Shown here: positions 26,395-30,368 of the stretch, one piece after another
How positions within the stretch are numbered: position 1 is the first letter of the stretch
How the letters are laid out: each line of letters starts with the position of its first letter
Virus record (IMG/VR): IMGVR_UViG_3300003366_000013
Coordinates: 1-30,368 of that record
From: a virus
Taxonomy: Duplodnaviria; Caudoviricetes
Strand: one strand, 5' to 3'
Length of the DNA stretch: 30,368 nucleotides
Notes under the pieces: model-generated
Seen by the model: only the letters and a program-made list of their open reading frames with translations
What the model was told of the DNA's origin: nothing
Databases searched by the model: none
Position numbers and translations under genes: made by a program

Positions 26395-27022
26395 CGTGAG
26401 CGTGACCTGTAATCCATATGCCAATATATCTGGACACATGGGGAATGACAGGTTCTTCCCGCCCATGCCCGAGGAAGAATACAACCGGTGCGGCGAATTT
26501 AACGCCCGGCAGGTGATAGAGGGATTTAGAAAGAGATCCCAAAAACCGACAGACATAATCGTTGACTGGGGTTGCGGTAATCTGAGGATAGGTAGGGTCT
26601 TGTCAAAGGAATGTAAGCAGTATACCGGAGTTGATATTTCGCCCATTGTCTTAGATGCGGCCAAAGCCAAGGCCAGCGAGTACAGCCTGGTCAATGTCAG
26701 CTTTATACTGGCAAGCGAATTTGACAAGGAAAACTACTGCGATTTGGCTATCTGCTTCCAGGTGGTGCAACACAACCCGTACAATGAGCAGATAAACATT
26801 ATACAAAAAATTAAAAAGGCGCTAAAACCCGGCGGGTGGGCGTGTATCCACTTGCCAAAACTGGAAAATAAGCCAGACTACAAAAACTATGAGACCTGTA
26901 TGTGTTTTACCCGGTCCCAGGCGTTGGAGTTGGGCGGCTATTTCTCAAAATGCGAACTTGACGAGAATCTCCTACTGGAAGGCTGGCTTGATTATTACAT
27001 GTGGGTGCAAAAGGAGGATTGA
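26387..27022 (+). CDS. Class I SAM-dependent methyltransferase
   Basis: VDWGCG..R, GVDIS, V.QH, LKPGG. Confidence 0.85.
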   Translation: MYDVSVTCNPYANISGHMGNDRFFPPMPEEEYNRCGEFNARQVIEGFRKRSQKPTDIIVDWGCGNLRIGRVLSKECKQYTGVDISPIVLDAAKAKASEYSLVNVSFILASEFDKENYCDLAICFQVVQHNPYNEQINIIQKIKKALKPGGWACIHLPKLENKPDYKNYETCMCFTRSQALELGGYFSKCELDENLLLEGWLDYYMWVQKED

Positions 27023-27024
27023 CC

Positions 27025-27618
27025 TTGGACAACGCCTATTTCACCACCAACGACGAAAAAAGCAATAAAATATATGATTTTACCATCCCCGAAGTGTGGT
27101 GGAGCCGACTATATGAATACATATGGGCCAAGCGCCTTATAAAGCCGGGAGAAACCGTCCTTGATGCCGGGAGCGGACCGAATTATCCGTTTCAGTACGA
27201 GCTTGCAGAGAACGGCTGTAAAGTTTATAGCATAGACATTAACCCCGACCTACTCAAGAGCAAGCCGCACCCGAATATCAGCCATATCGTTGCCAGCATC
27301 GACAACATTCCGCTGTGCAACTGTAAGGTAGACACAATCTACTGCATTAGCGTGTTGGAACACCTGCCATATGACACGGTTAAAAGGGTATTCGGGGAGT
27401 TTTACCGGGTGCTGAAGCCGGACGGCCGCCTTGTGCTGACCCTGGACACAACCATGGACGGGCGGTATTCATGCATCAGGAGGCCGGAAGAGTTGTTTGG
27501 CATAGCGGAGGGATTCAAGTATGGAGAATATCAGAGAGACCCGCCCCCGGATGCCATACGAAATGATGAGTGCGGGTTATACTGCTACCATGCTGTTATG
27601 GTAAAGGAGGGCATATGA
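27025..27618 (+). CDS. Class I SAM-dependent methyltransferase
   Basis: VLDAGSG, IDIN, CISVLEHL, EFYRVLKPDG.L. Confidence 0.9.
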   Translation: MDNAYFTTNDEKSNKIYDFTIPEVWWSRLYEYIWAKRLIKPGETVLDAGSGPNYPFQYELAENGCKVYSIDINPDLLKSKPHPNISHIVASIDNIPLCNCKVDTIYCISVLEHLPYDTVKRVFGEFYRVLKPDGRLVLTLDTTMDGRYSCIRRPEELFGIAEGFKYGEYQRDPPPDAIRNDECGLYCYHAVMVKEGI

Positions 27619-28364
27619 AAGTTCTAATCGCGGCGCCCGTCCGACAAAGCCCGGAGATATTCCGGGAATATCTGAAGTCACTGCAAAACCTTGAAAAGCC
27701 TTGTCAATGCGACAGGCTTTTTATTTTACACAACAGCCCGGAGTTGATACCGCTGATTAAGGCACACCCGGAGCCGTGCATGTTTTCGGAATACAAGACA
27801 AGCGATGAGTACAAGAGCGACGGCAACCGGCACCTGTGGACTTCGCAGCTAGTCGCGAACATTATCAAGATGAAAAACGGGATCGCCAAATTCGCGTTGG
27901 ATAACGGGTATGATTATATCTTTTTTGTAGATACCGACTTGATACTGCACCCAAAAACTTTGGTCCAGCTCCTGGAAACCAAGAAGGATATTGTTGCCGA
28001 AATCTTTTGGACACGTTGGGACAAGGACGGCCAGCCGTTACCTAACTGCTGGATGTTCGACAGCTATTCCGGCGTTGATTATGCTCACATAGCGGAATGG
28101 TTAAGGCCGGGAACTTATGAGGTGGGGCAGACCGGGGCCTGTATTCTCCTACACAGGAGCGTATTTGAGCGTGGCGTATGCTACGACGATATTTACAACC
28201 TGGGGTTTGACGGAGAGGACAGGTTCTTTTGCGTTCGGGCGGCTTGTGCCGGCTACAAGATATGGATTGACACGCATTACCCAGCGGTGCACCTATACCG
28301 GCCGGAACTGTACCAGAAATACATGAAAAAGGGAGGGTATGAGGCCGCTTTTGAAGCGGGGTGA
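27615..28364 (+). CDS. GT-A fold glycosyltransferase
   Basis: YIFFVDTD, GACILL.R, GEDRFFCVRA..AGYKIWIDT.YP..H. Confidence 0.88.
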   Translation: MKVLIAAPVRQSPEIFREYLKSLQNLEKPCQCDRLFILHNSPELIPLIKAHPEPCMFSEYKTSDEYKSDGNRHLWTSQLVANIIKMKNGIAKFALDNGYDYIFFVDTDLILHPKTLVQLLETKKDIVAEIFWTRWDKDGQPLPNCWMFDSYSGVDYAHIAEWLRPGTYEVGQTGACILLHRSVFERGVCYDDIYNLGFDGEDRFFCVRAACAGYKIWIDTHYPAVHLYRPELYQKYMKKGGYEAAFEAG

Positions 28365-28383
28365 CGATAAGAAAACCTACCAC

Positions 28384-28403
28384 AAGCCCTTCGGGGCTTT
28401 TTT
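28384..28403 (+). terminator. Intrinsic terminator after the GT/MTase cluster
   Basis: AAGCCC-TTCG-GGGCTT followed by TTTT. Confidence 0.75.
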
Positions 28404-28470
28404 GATGCCCTGAACATGGCATAAAACTGTTTAAATTAACGCCCAACCATAGGCGAAAGGATGATTATTA

Positions 28471-29367
28471 ATGCTATTTGACATGTTCATGCAACCATAC
28501 ATGGACGCAGACGACGGAGTGAATTTAGGCGGCGGGGGAGAGTTTTCCCTGGCCCCGGAACCAAACCCAACGCCGGACCCGACACCCGAACCACAGGGGG
28601 GGAATGACCCGGCACCAGAACCGACCCCGGAACCGCAAAAGATTAAGGTAAAATACAACCACCAAGAACTGGAACTACCTTACGAAGAAGCGGTTCAGCA
28701 TATCCAAAAGGGTATGAATTACGACAAAGCCATTGAAAGAACCAAGCAAGAGGCCGCCCAGCAAGCCCGTGACGCTTACATTGCCGAACAGGGCTATACC
28801 TGGAATGGCAAACCGATTACTACCGAAGCCGAGTACAAAGAGGCATTGCGGGAAAAAGAAATTTACGACCGCTACCAGGCTCAAGGCTTGCCGGAAGATG
28901 TTATTCAAAAACTCGCCAAGATAGACAAAATCGAAAGTGAGTGGGAGAACAGCAAGCGGACACGTGAAGAAGCAGACCGCAAGGCCCAAGGGGAAAAAGA
29001 CTTCACTGATAGGCGCAATTCCATGTATGAGGAATTCCTGACCGAGTTCTCGGACTACACCACAGAGGAAAAAATGGCCACCATCCCCAAAGAGGTATGG
29101 GCTGACGCTCAAAAGTGGCTGCAATCCGGGGGCAGAGAAGGGCGCAGGCTGGCCGACGCACTGACCAAGTACAACTGGAAGCAGAGCATGGCCCAGCAAC
29201 AGGCAAATGATGCCAACCAGGCCAACGCTGACACCTCAACAGGGAGCGCCAAGGGCCAGGGCAAGTCAGGGACATTCTTCACCCGGGACCAAGTGGCTCA
29301 AATGAGCCGCGAGGAAATCAGATCCAATTATGCGGCAATCAAAGAGTCGGAGAAGCGCTGGAAATAA
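28471..29367 (+). CDS. Capsid scaffolding protein
   Basis: Acidic Pro-rich N-terminus, coiled coil, FT.DQV.QMS.EE...NY..I C-terminus; precedes the MCP. Confidence 0.75.
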   Translation: MLFDMFMQPYMDADDGVNLGGGGEFSLAPEPNPTPDPTPEPQGGNDPAPEPTPEPQKIKVKYNHQELELPYEEAVQHIQKGMNYDKAIERTKQEAAQQARDAYIAEQGYTWNGKPITTEAEYKEALREKEIYDRYQAQGLPEDVIQKLAKIDKIESEWENSKRTREEADRKAQGEKDFTDRRNSMYEEFLTEFSDYTTEEKMATIPKEVWADAQKWLQSGGREGRRLADALTKYNWKQSMAQQQANDANQANADTSTGSAKGQGKSGTFFTRDQVAQMSREEIRSNYAAIKESEKRWK

Positions 29368-29403
29368 ACCAGTGTTTTATTTTTGAAAGGAGCGTGACCA
29401 TAA

Positions 29404-30237
29404 GTGGGCGCAAAAAATTTCATCCCCATGCTATGGGCTGAGGACGTGCTCAAAGAGCGCGACAAGGTGCTTATAGGTGTCAAGCACTGCAACACGGATT
29501 ATGAGGGCGAAATTAAACAGAAAGGTGATCAGGTAAAAATACTAACCGTTGGCCCGGTGTATACCAAAGACTACACCCGCAATACTGATATTGATGATCC
29601 TGATCTCGGGACTTCGGCGGCTCAATATTTAGTTATCGACCAGGCCAAGTATGCGCACATCTATTTTGATGACCTGGACGCCGCCCAGACTCGTAAAGGA
29701 TTCTGGGAAGAGCAGAAGCGGCAGATGGGCATTGCCATGGCCGGCGATCTGGACACCTTTGTGTTTGCCAAATACACCGATGCCGGTAAGCAGATTACCC
29801 AGGCTTCGCTGACCACGGCCAACATATTCAGCACCATTGCTTTGGCAGCGGAGTATTTCAAGACCGTGAACGTGCCCGAGGGCACCACCAAGTACCTTGA
29901 GGTATCTCCAGCCATTGCGACCAAGATTATCCTGGCCAAGATCATCCGCGGTACCGACAATGACAAGCGGATTGAGAACGGCTACCTTGGCAACCTGCTT
30001 GGATTCGACCTGTACGAGTCCAACAACGTTGTTGTGAACGGTTCCGCTTACGAGTGTTTGGCCCGTACCAAGGCCGCTGTATCATTCGCTGAGCAGATAA
30101 CGGAAACCAAGGCCTACGAACCCCAAAAGAGGTTTGGCGATGCTGTCAAGTCTCTGCAGGTGTGGGGCGGCAAGGTTGTCCGGCCGAAGGAACTCGTCAG
30201 GCTGACTTTGACACCAGCTGCCGAATCCACTATATAA
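29404..30237 (+). CDS. Major capsid protein (P22 coat-like family)
   Basis: NFIP.LW...L; YEGEI...GD.VKI; IDQAKY; G.L.GFD.YESNN; RFGDAVK.L.VWGGKVVRP. Confidence 0.9.
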   Translation: MGAKNFIPMLWAEDVLKERDKVLIGVKHCNTDYEGEIKQKGDQVKILTVGPVYTKDYTRNTDIDDPDLGTSAAQYLVIDQAKYAHIYFDDLDAAQTRKGFWEEQKRQMGIAMAGDLDTFVFAKYTDAGKQITQASLTTANIFSTIALAAEYFKTVNVPEGTTKYLEVSPAIATKIILAKIIRGTDNDKRIENGYLGNLLGFDLYESNNVVVNGSAYECLARTKAAVSFAEQITETKAYEPQKRFGDAVKSLQVWGGKVVRPKELVRLTLTPAAESTI

Positions 30238-30250
30238 GGAGGTGTAAATA

Positions 30251-30368
30251 ATGAGTGATTATACTGCATCTGTGGCGGCTTTCAATGACGACGTAGCCCT
30301 GACCCTTACGGCAATGGATTCGTCCGTTACCGTTGATGTCAGTGATGTTGGAGACGAGAGGGTTTTGC
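30251..30368 (+). CDS. Partial virion structural protein, truncated by the window edge
   Basis: AAGGAGGTG RBS after the MCP; frame open to the end. Confidence 0.6.
   Translation, partial: MSDYTASVAAFNDDVALTLTAMDSSVTVDVSDVGDERVL

Larger units (their letters stand above)
1..30368. mobile_element. Temperate phage/prophage, continuing beyond the right edge
   Basis: att, integrase, repressor, Cro, replication, late regulator, terminase, portal and capsid genes in canonical order. Confidence 0.97.

Noticed and set aside
26387-27618. DNA methyltransferases of a restriction-modification system
   Set aside because: No DPPY/NPPY or PC catalytic motifs; they resemble small-molecule or sugar class I methyltransferases.
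28550-28640. CCGGAACC-type DNA repeats as a regulatory array
   Set aside because: Explained by the Pro-Glu-Pro-Thr low-complexity N-terminus of the scaffold protein.

Overview
Left and central part of a temperate phage genome, probably from a Firmicutes (Clostridia-like) host; the host call is inferred from sigma-A promoters, strong GGAGG RBSs and gene families. Gene order: tRNA-Val(GAC) 3' fragment (att core), tyrosine integrase, CI/Cro/Xis-like switch, an early region of small ORFs (two HNH endonucleases, YopX, annealing protein plus Cas4-like exonuclease), replisome organiser, DnaB, RusA, ArpU/RinA-like late activator, a moron-like insert, TerS, TerL, portal, three glycosyltransferases plus two SAM methyltransferases, scaffold and major capsid protein. 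Main unexplained signals: (1) AT-rich accessory genes, each bounded by conserved 18-20 bp left and right end motifs that join into a 47-bp imperfect palindrome between tandem units, resembling an integron-like gene-cassette system (10957-12484 and 16065-16457); (2) a glycosylation/methylation operon inside the head module; (3) a densely structured non-coding leader followed by a short Rep-like HTH gene with iteron-like repeats and an antisense RHH operon. All protein assignments come from reading motifs by eye; no database searches were run.
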